Shown: positions 1 to 14,447, counted from the stretch's first letter. The stretch: 64,000 nucleotides of DNA from Eledone cirrhosa (GCA_964016885.1 OZ024741.1:11098001-11162000); one strand, 5' to 3'. The notes: generated from the sequence alone by a model not told the origin. Made by a program: numbers and translations.

Positions 1-1876
1 AACCCACACAGATAGATGGAACGGGTGGACCAGAGCCATACGGACACCCAAAAACCACAACGAACAGAAGAAAATGATTGCACATGCGGTAGGGGCCAGC
101 ATAAAACCAACCCTTAAGGAACATATGTTCAAATTTATTGGAAAAACATATGCCCAAGAGGAAGGAGCAGCCATTGGTGTTAGCATTGCAGGCGACATAG
201 CTAACTTATTCATGGTATGGTGGGAGAGTTGACTTAAACTTAAACTTAAAGAACAATTAGAAGACCCCTTAACCCTGATAATGTACTCCCGCTACGTTGA
301 TGATATAAACATCGTAGTTAAGACACCGCCACTAGAGAACAGTCAGGAACTAGAGAAAAACACAATGCAAAGCATCCAGCAAATAGCTAACTCCATCCAC
401 CAGAGTATTAAAGTTACTATAGACTACCCAAGTAAACACCCCAACCATCGATTACCTGTACTAGACACAGAGCTCTGGTTAGATACCATTAATAACAAAA
501 AACAAATCCTCCATTCCCATTATGCCAAACCCATGACTTCCAAACATCTGATCCACCGAAACTTGGCTGTTTCGGGCCATACCAAAATCAACATACTGAT
601 TGCGGATTTGGTACGGGTGATGAGAAACGTGTCCCGCATGTGCAACCCCAAAGAACTAGAGAGACACATACAACACTTCATCCACCATATGCAGTTCTCT
701 GGTTACAATCAGAGAGATAAAATCAGAGTGTATAGAGGAGCCTGAACCAAATGGGAAAAAATGGTAAATAATGACACAAATGGGACCTGCCCTTTGTATA
801 GGAGCAAATTTTGGAATAGAATAGAAAGAACTAGGAATAAGGCTAATAGAATAAACTCATGGTATGATAGCAATAAATACCAGAGTGTAATGTTCATCGA
901 TACAACCCCTAGAGGTGAATTAGCTTACAAATTTAGAAAGGCCCTAGATAAACATAAACTCAATATTAAGATAGTAGAAAGACCAGGTACCTCCGTAAAA
1001 ACACTTATTAGCAAGACATACCCTTTTCAAAGACCCCCCTGTATAGATAAGAAATGTATAACCTGTAAAATAAGCCCCCATATTAATTGTAAAACTAGAA
1101 ATGTAGTGTATAGCATAAGATGTACTGAAGGACAATGTAGAGACAAAAATATAGTGTACATAGGTGAGACAGCTCGTAGTGTAGGGGAACGGATAAATGA
1201 ACACTGGCGAGACCTTCAAGATAGTAAAGAATCATCTGTACTCTACCAACATGCTAAAATAGAACATAAGGGTAAATTAGAGAACATAGAAATAAAAATA
1301 GAATCTACACACATAAAAGACGCAATGTTTAGACAAATCACAGAGACAATAAACATAAAAGAATTAAAACCAAAATTAAATAGAAAATATGAGTGGAACA
1401 GCAACATCACAACTTACAATTAAGGACAAAATGAAAACACACACACACATAGAACAAACAACCAACCGGTAACATGTAAATAAACAAATAAATAAACGAA
1501 TGTAAACACACACAGACACCCGGATTTGGCGCATGCGCAGACTGAGCACACAACACACACACAGAAACAAAATGGCGTAGGACAGAACAAAGGAGAGGCA
1601 CAAAAACAAAGAAAAGAATCCCCAGTCACTGAAGAGGTCACAGAATGTGTGACGAAAGAACTTTGACAATATATAAACAACTATCTGGTTGTGGAACCAA
1701 CCAACCAACCAGAAATTTATAAATTCCTAAATTTATAAATTTATTATAATAAATTGAAGTGAAAGCAACTGGTGCGTGTGTTTCTTATTGGCAACATGAC
1801 CCTCCCAAAGTATAACAATATCGGTTTCAACACACGATTTCAGATAAAGAATCTTGCTAAACAAATTCAGAAACGA
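1..1876 (+). mobile_element. Penelope-like element family A, 3' portion (RT C-half, CxxC linker, GIY-YIG EN, 3'UTR/pLTR); disrupted
   Basis: YSRYVDD RT motif, LPVLDTELW, CIDKKCITC, VVYSIRC...YIGETAR...RINEH GIY-YIG; in-frame stops near 230 and 743; same family as 58250-60507; ends in (TA)n. Confidence 0.92.
1625..1667 (+). ncRNA. Minimal type I hammerhead ribozyme (family A pLTR)
   Basis: GTCA-CTGAAGA-GGTCACA gaa TGTGTGAC-GAAA-GAAC-TT-TGAC; stem I GTCA/TGAC, very short stem III. Confidence 0.75.
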
Positions 1877-1989
1877 TATATATATATATATATATATATA
1901 TAGGATCGATCGAATTCCGTCAAATCGGACCGAGGAAACGATGTTTTCGTCGGTCTTTCCAATTGCTAATACTATCTATCGGTCGCAAC

Positions 1990-2412
<423 letters not shown>

Positions 2413-2415
2413 CAC

Positions 2416-4560
2416 TTAGAATTTCTAACCTTTCGTCTAACCAAGATGTATTTGATAAAAATGCGACCTTCTATAACGAAGCTCTAGATAGAACTGGCCA
2501 CAAAAATAGATTGGAATATATACCTTCTACTAATAACACTATAAACATACAACCTAATATTACCAACAAACACCAAATGAAAAGTACACACCTAAATGCC
2601 ACTCACACTATACCCCAAAATACCAACATAAAACCAATTTTCTCTAACTCCTCTAATATAAAGTATAGTAACTCTCAAAAACTACTCATCATACAACTCT
2701 AATAAATGTTAATAATAAAACTCCTAATAAACAAGATAAAACACCTAAATCAATAAATCTAACTAAAAATGTGCGTGGTGAGGTCATTAACATTAATCCT
2801 CCTAGTAAACATCACGATGCATCCTATAAAAACAATAAACAACATAGAAACCGTAATAGACGAGTTACTTGGTATAATGCTCCATTTAATTTACAAATTA
2901 AGGATAATATTGCTAAAAAAATGTTTAATATCCTAGAGAAAAACTTCCCGCCAAACCACAAATACCATCAAATCTTAAATAGATCAACAGTTAAATTCTC
3001 ATACTCAACAACCAAAAACATAAAACAAAATATAAGTGCCTATAATGCATATAAATGTAAAAAAAACATAAGTATACCACCAATACATCAAACTAACCAT
3101 AATATCTCCTCAAATACAGAATTAACGAAAGGTTGTAACTGTAGAAACAAAGCAAACTGCCCATTAAAAGGAAATTGTCTTGTTAACAACATAGTTTATA
3201 AATGTAAAGTTAAAACTAAAGATTCTATTTGCTCATATATAGGAGCTACTTCTAACAATTTTAAGGTAAGGTTTAATACCCACAAACATAGTTTTAAAAA
3301 TGCCGCACTGGCTAATACAACATCTCTAGCAGAAAAAATTAATAGTTATAGAAATAAGAATATAGAATATGATATGACCTGGAGTGTGCTCAAAAGAGCC
3401 ACCCCTTATCAAAATAATAAAAATGAATGTAGATTGTGTTCCCAAGAACTATTTGAAATAATGAAATCTAAGGATATCCTATTAAATAAGCGACAGGAAT
3501 TAATTATATCGTGTAATCATAAACTGAGAAAAACATTTAAATATTATAAACCTAATTAATAATATATATTTTAGAAATTAATATATAATTTAATTTAAAT
3601 GTAGTTAACCTATAATTTTAATTTAATTAAAATTCTACTACAGATGAAATTAAAAAATATTGTGTAATCATAAATTGTGAAAAACTTTTAAATATTATTA
3701 ACATAATTAATATATACTTTGGAAATTAATTTATAGATTAATTTTAGTTTCTTTAACCTTTTATTAAAATTCCTTTACAGATGAAATATAACAAAATATC
3801 GTGTAATCAATAACAGAGAAATACTTTTTAATATTATAAACCTAATTAATGTACAATTTAGAAATTAATTTATAAATTAATTTTAATTTAGTTAACCTAT
3901 AATTTTAATTTAGTTAGCTTAAAATTAAAATTCTAATACAGATGGATTGCAGAATATCATGTAATCATAAACTGAGAAAAACTTTTAAATATATACCTAA
4001 TTAATATATTCTTTACAAATAAATATATAGATTAATTTTAATTTTAGTTAACCTATAATTATATTCTACTATAGATAAAATACAAAATTTGCTTTAATTA
4101 TTATAAACCTAATTAACATATACTATAGAAATTAATATATAATTTTTAATTTAGTTAACCTATAATTAATATTCTACTACCGATGAAATACTTGATTTGG
4201 CTTTCCCTATTACTAAATTCATTTCCTAAAATTGATACCATCATGTTAATATTTTTAATTTAGTTATGCTATAATTAATACTCTACTACTGTTTAACTTC
4301 AAAATTCCGCTTTAAATATTATAAACCTAAGTAGTATACACCTTAGAAATTAATATATTAACTATTTTTACTTTAATTAACCTATAATTAATAGTCTACT
4401 TATATTAAAATGCATAATTTTGCCTTCTTTCTTACATTTCCTAATACTGACACTACTATGTAAACACATATTATGATCTAAATGCAGATTAATATTCTAT
4501 GTTCCTTGAAACCTATATTTACTATTTCCCACTAATAATTTTAATCCCCCCCCCCCCTAT
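2416..4560 (+). mobile_element. 5'-truncated AT-rich PLE (Naiad-like): thumb remnant, GIY-YIG EN ORF 2771-3559, repetitive 3'UTR
   Basis: [51 protein letters not shown]...YIGAT, CRLCSQE...LLNKRQELIISCNH; homologous to the ORF at 10071-10904. Confidence 0.85.
3508..4400 (+). repeat. Degenerate ~150-bp tandem repeat starting in the last codons of the EN ORF
   Basis: TATCGTGTAATCATAAACTGAGAAAA-like motif recurs at ~3508, 3658, 3797, 3955; shorter derivatives continue to ~4400. Confidence 0.8.
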
Positions 4561-4564
4561 AATT

Positions 4565-4678
4565 ATTCGTATTTGTAAGCGTGGATGTATGTATGTGTAT
4601 GTAAGTATGTATGTATGTTTGTGTGTTTGTATGTGAGTATAAAAATACATATGTGCGCATGTAAATAAGTGTGTATGA

Positions 4679-4746
<68 letters not shown>

Positions 4747-5568
4747 ATGTATGTATGTGTATGTATATGTATTTGTAGAGATGTGTGTATGTATGTATAT
4801 ATGTGCATAATTGTCTGACTGTGTGTATTTATTTATTTTTTTAATATATATATATATATATGTGTGTATATATATGTGTGTATATATATTTATATGTATG
4901 TATATATGTATATATATATATATGTGTGTATGTATGTCTCTATATTTATGTATGTCTGAGTTGTGTGTGAGTGTGTGGTTGTGTATATATATACATGGGT
5001 ATGTGTGTGTATGTATATATACGTATATGTATGTGTGTGTGTGTATATATATGTGTGTGTATATATATGTGTGTATATATATATGTATATATATGTATAT
5101 ATATATGTATGTGTATGTATGTATGTGTATGTATATGTATTTGTAGAGATGTGTGTATGTATGTATATATGTGCATAATTGTCTGACTGTGTGTATTTAT
5201 TTATTTTTTTAATATATATATATATATGTGTGTATATATATGTGTGTATATATATTTATATGTATGTATATATGTATATATATATATATGTGTGTATGTA
5301 TGTCTCTATATTTATGTATGTCTGAGTTGTGTGTGAGTGTGTGGTTGTGTATATATATACATGGGTATGTGTGTGTATGTATATATACGTATATGTATGT
5401 GTGTGTGTGTATATATATGTGTGTGTATATATATGTGTGTATATATATATGTATATATATGTATATATATATGTATGTGTATGTATGTGTGTATGTGTGT
5501 GTACATATATGTATATATGTGTGTTGTGAGTATGTGTGTATATATATGTGTGTATGTATGTGTATATG

Positions 5569-5602
<34 letters not shown>

Positions 5603-5839
5603 TATCGGTGTGTATTTATATGTATGAGTATATGTTTTACTTGTTTATTTCTTTTAATATATTTCTTTTTATTTCTAAATTTATAGATACATTTTTATAA
5701 ATACGCTGAGTCTGACACCCTCTGTAATTACTTACTCCCTTACCTATTTTTAGTTCTGCATCTAGATGTAAGTGTATGTGGCCGTGTTTATGTGTGCGCC
5801 TCAATATCCATATAGTTATAATAATAATATATACGTATG

Positions 5840-5872
<33 letters not shown>

Positions 5873-6000
5873 TCGTGGGTATGTGTATGTTTATGTGTAT
5901 ATGCGTGTGTGTGTATGAATGTATGTATATGTGTGTATATATGAGTGTATATATGTATGTATACGTATGTGTATTTTGTCTGTGGATTATAAACATACAG
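4565..6000. repeat. Compound (TA/TG/TATG)n tract containing a ~370-bp tandem duplication
   Basis: TTTGTAGAGATGTG...TGCATAATTGTCTGACTG and TCTGAGTTGTG each occur twice, ~368 bp apart. Confidence 0.9.
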
Positions 6001-6433
6001 AGACATTAGCCCTGAATTTTTGTATTTACATACACTTTTTCGACATGCGTATGCATGTGAACATGCATTTTTATGCATATCTGTGAACGAAGTTACTTGC
6101 ATATATACACACACCTAACTGTATTTTCATGATGTATTTTTATGTATTTCACGGGTCTATTTAAAATCTGTTCCCAAACAGACCTGTAATTTTGAATTGT
6201 TGTTATTATCAATAAATATACTTCATTATTTCTGAAGACGGCATATGTATGTGTTGGTATGTATATTCTATTTGATAGTTTGTATAATTTTGTATAATGT
6301 TGTACATAGATCTTTTGAATATGCATGCCAATTCTAACACATATATGTCCTAGAAACGATCGTTAAATAATGAATTTTTTTTGTTTAATATAAGGAACTG
6401 TTTCATTGTTTTATTCATTATTTTTTTTATATT

Positions 6434-6465
<32 letters not shown>

Positions 6466-6473
<8 letters not shown>

Positions 6474-7082
6474 ATACTTTGGGAGGGTCATGTTGCCAAT
6501 AAGAAACACACGCACCAGTTGCTTTCACTTCAGTTTATAAATTTATAAATTTACAAATTTACAAACTTATAAATTTCTGGTTGGTTGGTTGGTTCCACAA
6601 CCAGATAGTTGTTTATATATAGTCATAGTCCTTTCGTCACACACTCTGTGACCTCTTCAACAATAAATAAATAAACAAATAGATAAATGAACACAAACAC
6701 ACACAGACACCTGGATGTGGCGCATGCGCAAACTGAGCACACAACACACACACAGAAACAAAATGGCGTAGAATAGAAGAAAGGAAAGGCACAGAAACAA
6801 AGGAAAGGAATCCCCAGTCACTGAAGAGGTCACAGAGTGTGTGACGAAAGGGCTATAACTATATATAAACAACTATCTGTTTGTGGAACCAACCAACCAA
6901 CCAGAAATTTATAAGTTTGTAAATTTGTAAATTTATAAATTTATAAATATATAATAAACTGAAGTGAAAGCAACTGGTGCGTGTGTTTCTTATTGGCAAC
7001 ATGACCCTCCCAAAGTATAACAATATCGGTTTCAACACACGATTTCAGATAAAGAATCTTGCTAAACAAATTCAGAAACGAA
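6466..7082. mobile_element. Fold-back family A PLE remnant: inverted pLTR (6466-6659, -) joined to 3'UTR + pLTR (6660-7082, +)
   Basis: Right part matches 1480-1876; left part is its reverse complement; TA-rich flanks. Confidence 0.9.
6816..6860 (+). ncRNA. Type I HHR, family A (truncated minus-strand copy at 6621-6659)
   Basis: AGTCA-CTGAAGA-GGTCACA gag TGTGTGAC-GAAA-GGGC-TA-TAACT; the minus copy ends GAAA-GGAC-TA-TGACT, which would complete stem I AGTCA/TGACT. Confidence 0.75.
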
Positions 7083-8476
7083 ATATATATATTTCGCCAC
7101 TACACTTTCGGGCCACATATGGGACCTCAAGGACAACAACATCACCTATGATCTCACTTGGAGATTACTGTCCAGAGCCAATTCTTACACGGGAGGACGC
7201 CGTCCGTGCAATTTATGCTCGGAGGAAACTTTACAAATGCTGTTTTCGACGGACCAACTCCTAAACAAGAAAGATGAACTGGTCACTGCATGTAAACATA
7301 GATTGCGTAGGACTTACCTCGCCCTCACACCCCATAATGACCCGGGGGGGGGGGGGGGGTAGACTAGGGCTATAACACCCCACTTGCCGATTTTGCAATG
7401 GGTAACCCCTGCTTGCCAAGGAAGACGTAAGATCTTCTTTGTATTCTTTTATCGCTTCCTTTATTTCCTTCCCCCCTCTCTCCTTAGTCCTTCTACCCCA
7501 GCTCTTCTCCTTTGTCGGCGTCTTTTCTCGACCACCCGAGGCTGCCCTTTGGCCCCATGTAGCCTTAGTACCCCCACCCCCCTCCCCTAGTCTATGATAG
7601 ATTTGGCGGACTCCGCCCTTTATAGCAGTTGGCTTAGACCCCGGATACTTGCCCCCTTTTTCCGACCGCTCCCACTATTCTCTGTGCCCTCTATATTTCT
7701 TAGTGGCACTTATGCCTTATTTTTTCGTTTCAGTATTTCTTGCTTCGCTTTTCTTCTGGGCGGGGTGGATTCTGAATTTATTTCTCCGTATTCTACCTTT
7801 ATTTCGTACGAACTTTCATGTAGCTTGTTTTAGATCTTTTAGAGTTAGCATTAGTATATATTTTTCTCGGGACTCAGAATTATTATCTCGTACAAGTTCA
7901 CTTTGCTGCACTGGGTCGTTGCTGGCCCGGGATGGAAACCTTTATTGTTTATTTCGTGGTAGTCTCTTTAGTATTTTGGCCCCTTTTGTTGACCTGTCAC
8001 CGTATCATTTACGTACTTATACCTCTTAAAAGGGTCCTTGCCTATCCCGTCCCACCTAGTTCTTTTACTTATTTCGTTATTTCTTTATTTATTTATTTCT
8101 TTACTTCTTTCTTTCTTTCTTTATTTTATTCTAGCCTAACAATAGCCTGAGACCTAGGTCGTAGAATTTAATTTACTTTACTTTTTTCTTTACACTTATT
8201 TGCTTTTCTTCACTCTCAGTATTTTTCCTTCCTATATATTTCTACCCCCCATTGTTCTACCTACCGTTCCGACTCCCCCCCCCCCTCCCCTGTATCTTCT
8301 TTGACCTCATGCCCAGCTGTAGCTGGCACTACCAACGCTTGATTGGGTCTACTCCACCCCTTCCACCCCCTCCCCTCTTTCTCCTACTGGCAGGTTTAGC
8401 CACCATCTCCCCTACTAATTTGCAACCACAGAATTACTACTGATTTTTGACAATCACTTTGACCATATATGGAATT

Positions 8477-8570
8477 ACCCCTTGAGAAGATCGGCTATTT
8501 AAATACCAGGATAAATTTTCATTTAGTCCAGAATTAGCCGTCGAAACGGCTTGAGCTCAGCTGTCGGGGT
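8477..8570 (+). ncRNA. Type I HHR, U3-A8 core variant (family B)
   Basis: ACCCC-TTGAGAA-GATCGGCTA...TAGCCGTC-GAAA-CGGCTTGAGCTCAGCTG-TC-GGGGT; predicted GUC cleavage after 8565. Confidence 0.85.
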
Positions 8571-8755
8571 CTTACTGGTTCCTATTACCCACTCTACTAC
8601 CTCAAGTATTGAGTACTTTGGTGCGTTATGGTCCACCTGGTTCCTTACCACATTTCCTTCGTTATCTAGCTCCTACTCCCGTAGTAGAGCACTTTCCGAC
8701 CCTACCACGCCGTATCCAGACTTTTCCGCTAAGCTCAATTCATTTCACCCGCACC

Positions 8756-10904
8756 ATGCGAAAACACAACATTGACTTCTCTACCAAGAACATCCCAATC
8801 CCACCGAAAAAATTTTACCTTCGGATGCTCACGCAAAAAATCGATCTATTTGCGAAAAGACTTAGATGGAGAACTTTTTTCTATGACAGATATTGCGACA
8901 ACCAAGACTTCGGCACCAAGGAGAGATTCGGATTTATTACCTACAAATCTCCGCCCCTGAACCCCTTGCTCGCACCCTTCGAGAATGACCTCTTCCAACT
9001 GGTCAAGAACATTAAATTTAAACCCAGACACAACCGATTCCTACAAAAACTCCGTAGCAACTTAACAGAGTATGATAACACAAATGACATCATGGTGCAT
9101 TCGGATAAAACTGGGAACCTATACTTTGTCAACCCTGACAGATACCACACACTGATCAGGAGCAGCCTAAACTCCACCTATAAAAAGGCCAACCACTCTT
9201 GCATCGAGGACATAAATCGAGATGGACAACAAATCACCTCCAGCCTCGGGGTCGCCGACCGCACGGAACCTCTAGACCCACGGACACCATACTTCACACT
9301 GAAGGACCATAAATCCGATTTTGACCGTAAACCCTCTATCAGGCTTATTAACCGACATAGGGAGAATCAGCAAAAAAATCCTAGACCGCGTGATACCAAA
9401 AGTCAAGCAACACACCCGACTTAGCCTATGGATCAACACCCAGGAAGTAATCTCCTGGTTCAGCAATATGGAGGATAAACGAGAAACTAAATTCATACAG
9501 TTCGACATAGAGAGCTACTATGCTTCAATCACCTTACCGCTACTTACTGCCGCCTTGGACTTCGCCGAAACACTTGTGCCCATCACCGACCAGGAAAGAA
9601 AAATCATCCTCCACGCCAGGAAGACAGTCTTACTCTTTGACGACTCTAAATGGATAAAAAGAGCTCCCGACTCACCCTTCGACGTCAGCATGGGCGCCAC
9701 GGACTCGGCGGAGGTCACAGACCTTATAGGATTATTCCTAATAGCCAAACTCACTGATATGTTTCCTGCATTCGGTGGTGGATTGTACCGTGATGATGGG
9801 CTCCTTACCCTTAAAGGGTACAACCCCAGTAGTACAGATCGGGTCCGGAAACAATTAATCAGATTCTTCCGCGACTGGGCATTTAAAATAACCCTACAAA
9901 CGTCCCTGACCCGAGTAAACTTCCTGGACGTGACCCTCGACCTCGAAAACGACCTGTACTACCCATACAGGAAACCTAATGACAATCTGCACTACATCCA
10001 CCGCCGATAAAACCATCCTAGGAACATCACAAACAACCTGGTCAAAAACATCTCCCTCCGCATATCCCGTTTGTCAGCTAATGAGCGGATATTCGATGAA
10101 CATGCGCCTTATTACAACCAGGCTCTCAAGCGGAGTGGTTTCCGGGAGGAAATATCCTACTGTTCAGCTCCCATTAGCGGAACCAGCAGGAGACACCGCC
10201 GCTCACGCAATGTAACATGGTTCAATCCTCCCCACAACGCAGAGGTGACAACTCCCATCGGGAAACTATTCTTTAGGCTCATTGAAAAACACTTCCCATT
10301 ACAACACCGCTACCACAACATAATTAACAAAAATACCATCAAACTCTCTTACAGCACTACACCAAACTTCGCACAAAACATCGTCTCCTCTAACAACAAA
10401 AAACTCAACCCCGATGGCAGAAATAACCTAAATAGCAGTGGAGAACCGACCAGGAGGTGTAACTGCCCGGATAGATCTATTTGCCCACTCGACAATAGAT
10501 GCAGAGACCGTAATGTGATCTACCAGTGCAACGTGAGGACGGATACCTCCAATAAAGCCTATATAGGACTTACCGCATGTGACTTCAAGACCCGGCTATA
10601 CCAACATAGACATACCTTCCGAAACCCGGCCCGGCGTCACGCCACTACACTTTCGGGCCACATATGGGACCTCAAGGACAACAACATCACCTATGATCTC
10701 ACTTGGAGATTACTGTCCAGAGCCAATTCTTACACGGGAGGACGCCGTCCGTGCAATTTATGCTCGGAGGAAACTTTACAAATGCTGTTTTCGACGGACC
10801 AACTCCTAAACAAGAAAGATGAACTGGTCACTGCATGTAAACATAGATTGCGTAGGACTTACCTCGCCCTCAAACCCCATAATGACCCGGGGGGGGGGGG
10901 GTAG
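8756..10904 (+). pseudogene. PLE RT-GIY-YIG ORF, copy 1 (frameshift ~9350, TAA at 10008)
   Basis: MRKHNIDFSTKNIPIP, SDKTGNLY, FDIESYYASI, SMGATDSAE, GLYRDDG, FLDVTLDL, CNC..CPL, VIYQC...YIGLT, CNLCSEE...CKH. Confidence 0.93.
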
Positions 10905-12022
10905 ACTAGGGCTATAACTCCCCACTTGCCGATTTTGCAATGGGTAACCCCTGCTTGCCAAGGAAGACGTAAGATCTTCTTTGTATTCTTTTATCGCTTC
11001 CTTTATTTCCTTCCCCCCTCTCTCCTTAGTCCTTCTACCCCAGCTCTTCTCCTTTGTCGGCGTCTTTTCTCGCCCACCCGAGGCTGCCCTTTGGCCCCAT
11101 GTAGCCTTAGTACCCCCCCCCCCCTCCCCTAGTCTATGATAGATTTGGCGGACTCCACCCTTTATAGCAGTTGGCTTAGACCCCGGATACTTGCCCCCTT
11201 TTTCCGACCGCTCCCACTATTCTCTGTGCCCTCTATATTTCTTAGTGGCACTTATGCCTTATTTTTTCGTTTCAGTATTTCTTGCTTCGCTTTTCTTCTG
11301 GGCGGGGTAGATTCTGAATTTATTTCTCCGTATTCTACCTTTATTTCGTACGAACTTTCATGTAGCTTGATTTAGATCTTTTAGAGTTAGCATTAGTATA
11401 TATTTTTCTCGGGACTCAGAATTATTATCTCGTACAAGTTCACTTTGCTGCACTGGGTCGTTGCTGGCCCGGGATGGAAACCTTTATTGTTTATTTCGTG
11501 GTAGTCTCTTTAGTATTTTGGCCCCTTTTGTTGACCCGTCACCGTATCATTTACGTACTTATACCTCTTAAAAGGGTCCTTGCCTATCCCGTCCCACCTA
11601 GTTCTTTTACTTATTTCGTTATTTCTTTATTTATTTATTTCTTTACTTCTTTCTTTCTTTCTTTATTTTATTCTAGCCTAACAATAGCCTGAGACCTAGG
11701 TCGTAGAATTTAATTTACTTTACTTTTTTCTTTACACTTATTTGCTTTTCTTCACTCTCAGTATTTTTCCTTCCTATATATTTCTACCCCCCATTGTTCT
11801 ACCTACCGTTCCGACTTCCTCCCCCTCCCCCTCCCCTGTATCTTCTTTGACCTCATGCCCAGCTGTAGCTGGCACTACCAACGCTTGATTGGGTCTACTC
11901 CACCCCCTCCACCCCCTCCCCTCTTTCTCCTACTGGCAGGTTTAGCCACCATCTCCCCTACTAATTAGCAACCACAGAATTACTACTGATTTTTGACAAT
12001 CACTTTGACCATATATGGAATT

Positions 12023-12116
12023 ACCCCTTGAGAAGATCGGCTATTTAAATACCAGGATAAATTTTCATTTAGTCCAGAATTAGCCGTCGAAACGGCTTGA
12101 GCTCAGCTGTCGGGGT
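12023..12116 (+). ncRNA. Type I HHR, U3-A8 variant (family B, copy 2)
   Basis: Identical to 8477-8570. Confidence 0.85.
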
Positions 12117-12301
12117 CTTACTGGTTCCTATTACCCACTCTACTACCTCAAGTATTGAGTACTTTGGTGCGTTATGGTCCACCTGGTTCCTTACCACATT
12201 TCCTTCGTTATCTAGCTCCTACTCCCGTAGTAGAGCACTTTCCGACCCTACCACGCCGTATCCAGACTTTTCCGCTAAGCTCAATTCATTTCACCCGCAC
12301 C

Positions 12302-14447
12302 ATGCGAAAACACAACATTGACTTCTCTACCAAGAACATCCCAATCCCACCGAAAAAATTTTACCTTCGGATGCTCACGCAAAAAATCGATCTATTTGCG
12401 AAAAGACTTAGATGGAGAACTTTTTTCTATGACAGATATTGCGACAACCAAGACTTCGGCACCAAGGAGAGATTCGGATTTATTACCTACAAATCTCCGC
12501 CCCTGAACCCCTTGCTCGCACCCTTCGAGAATGACCTCTTCCAACTGGTCAAGAACATTAAATTTAAACCCAGACACAACCGATTCCTACAAAAACTCCG
12601 TAGCAACTTAACAGAGTATGATAACACAAATGACATCATGGTGCATTCGGATAAAACTGGGAACCTATACTTTGTCAACCCTGACAGATACCACACACTG
12701 ATCAGGAGCAGCCTAAACTCCACCTATAAAAAGGCCAACCACTCTTGCATCGAGGACATAAATCGAGATGGACAACAAATCACCTCCAGCCTCGGGGTCG
12801 CCGACCGCACGGAACCTCTAGACCCACGGACACCATACTTCACACTGAAGGACCATAAATCCGATTTTGACCGTAAACCCTCTATCAGGCTTATTAACCG
12901 ACATAGGGAGAATCAGCAAAAAAATCCTAGACCGCGTGATACCAAAAGTCAAGCAACACACCCGACTTAGCCTATGGATCAACACCCAGGAAGTAATCTC
13001 CTGGTTCAGCAATATGGAGGATAAACGAGAAACTAAATTCATACAGTTCGACATAGAGAGCTACTATGCTTCAATCACCTTACCGCTACTTACTGCCGCC
13101 TTGGACTTCGCCGAAACACTTGTGCCCATCACCGACCAGGAAAGAAAAATCATCCTCCACGCCAGGAAGACAGTCTTACTCTTTGACGACTCTAAATGGA
13201 TAAAAAGAGCTCCCGACTCACCCTTCGACGTCAGCATGGGCGCCACGGACTCGGCGGAGGTCACAGACCTTATAGGATTATTCCTAATAGCCAAACTCAC
13301 TGATATGTTTCCTGCATTCGGTGGTGGATTGTACCGTGATGATGGGCTCCTTACCCTTAAAGGGTACAACCCCAGTAGTACAGATCGGGTCCGGAAACAA
13401 TTAATCAGATTCTTCCGCGACTGGGCATTTAAAATAACCCTACAAACGTCCCTGACCCGAGTAAACTTCCTGGACGTGACCCTCGACCTCGAAAACGACC
13501 TGTACTACCCATACAGGAAACCTAATGACAATCTGCACTACATCCACCGCCGATAAAACCATCCTAGGAACATCACAAACAACCTGGTCAAAAACATCTC
13601 CCTCCGCATATCCCGTTTGTCAGCTAATGAGCGGATATTCGATGAACATGCGCCTTATTACAACCAGGCTCTCAAGCGGAGTGGTTTCCGGGAGGAAATA
13701 TCCTACTGTTCAGCTCCCATTAGCGGAACCAGCAGGAGACACCGCCGCTCACGCAATGTAACATGGTTCAATCCTCCCCACAACGCAGAGGTGACAACTC
13801 CCATCGGGAAACTATTCTTTAGGCTCATTGAAAAACACTTCCCATTACAACACCGCTACCACAACATAATTAACAAAAATACCATCAAACTCTCTTACAG
13901 CACTACACCAAACTTCGCACAAAACATCGTCTCCTCTAACAACAAAAAACTCAACCCCGATGGCAGAAATAACCTAAATAGCAGTGGAGAACCGACCAGG
14001 AGGTGTAACTGCCCGGATAGATCTATTTGCCCACTCGACAATAGATGCAGAGACCGTAATGTGATCTACCAGTGCAACGTGAGGACGGATACCTCCAATA
14101 AAGCCTATATAGGACTTACCGCATGTGACTTCAAGACCCGGCTATACCAACATAGACATACCTTCCGAAACCCGGCCCGGCGTCACGCCACTACACTTTC
14201 GGGCCACATATGGGACCTCAAGGACAACAACATCACCTATGATCTCACTTGGAGATTACTGTCCAGAGCCAATTCTTACACGGGAGGACGCCGTCCGTGC
14301 AATTTATGCTCGGAGGAAACTTTACAAATGCTGTTTTCGACGGACCAACTCCTAAACAAGAAAGATGAACTGGTCACTGCATGTAAACATAGATTGCGTA
14401 GGACTTACCTCGCCCTCAAACCCCATAATGACCCGGGGGGGGGGTAG
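12302..14447 (+). pseudogene. PLE RT-GIY-YIG ORF, copy 2 with identical lesions
   Basis: Translations match copy 1 except terminal poly-Gly length. Confidence 0.93.

Noticed and set aside
8756-14447. Selenoprotein (UGA-recoding) Naiad or programmed readthrough
   Set aside because: The internal stop is TAA in place of an expected Ser (HRR*NHP), the Cys positions are ordinary codons, and the frameshift looks like a small deletion in a conserved motif
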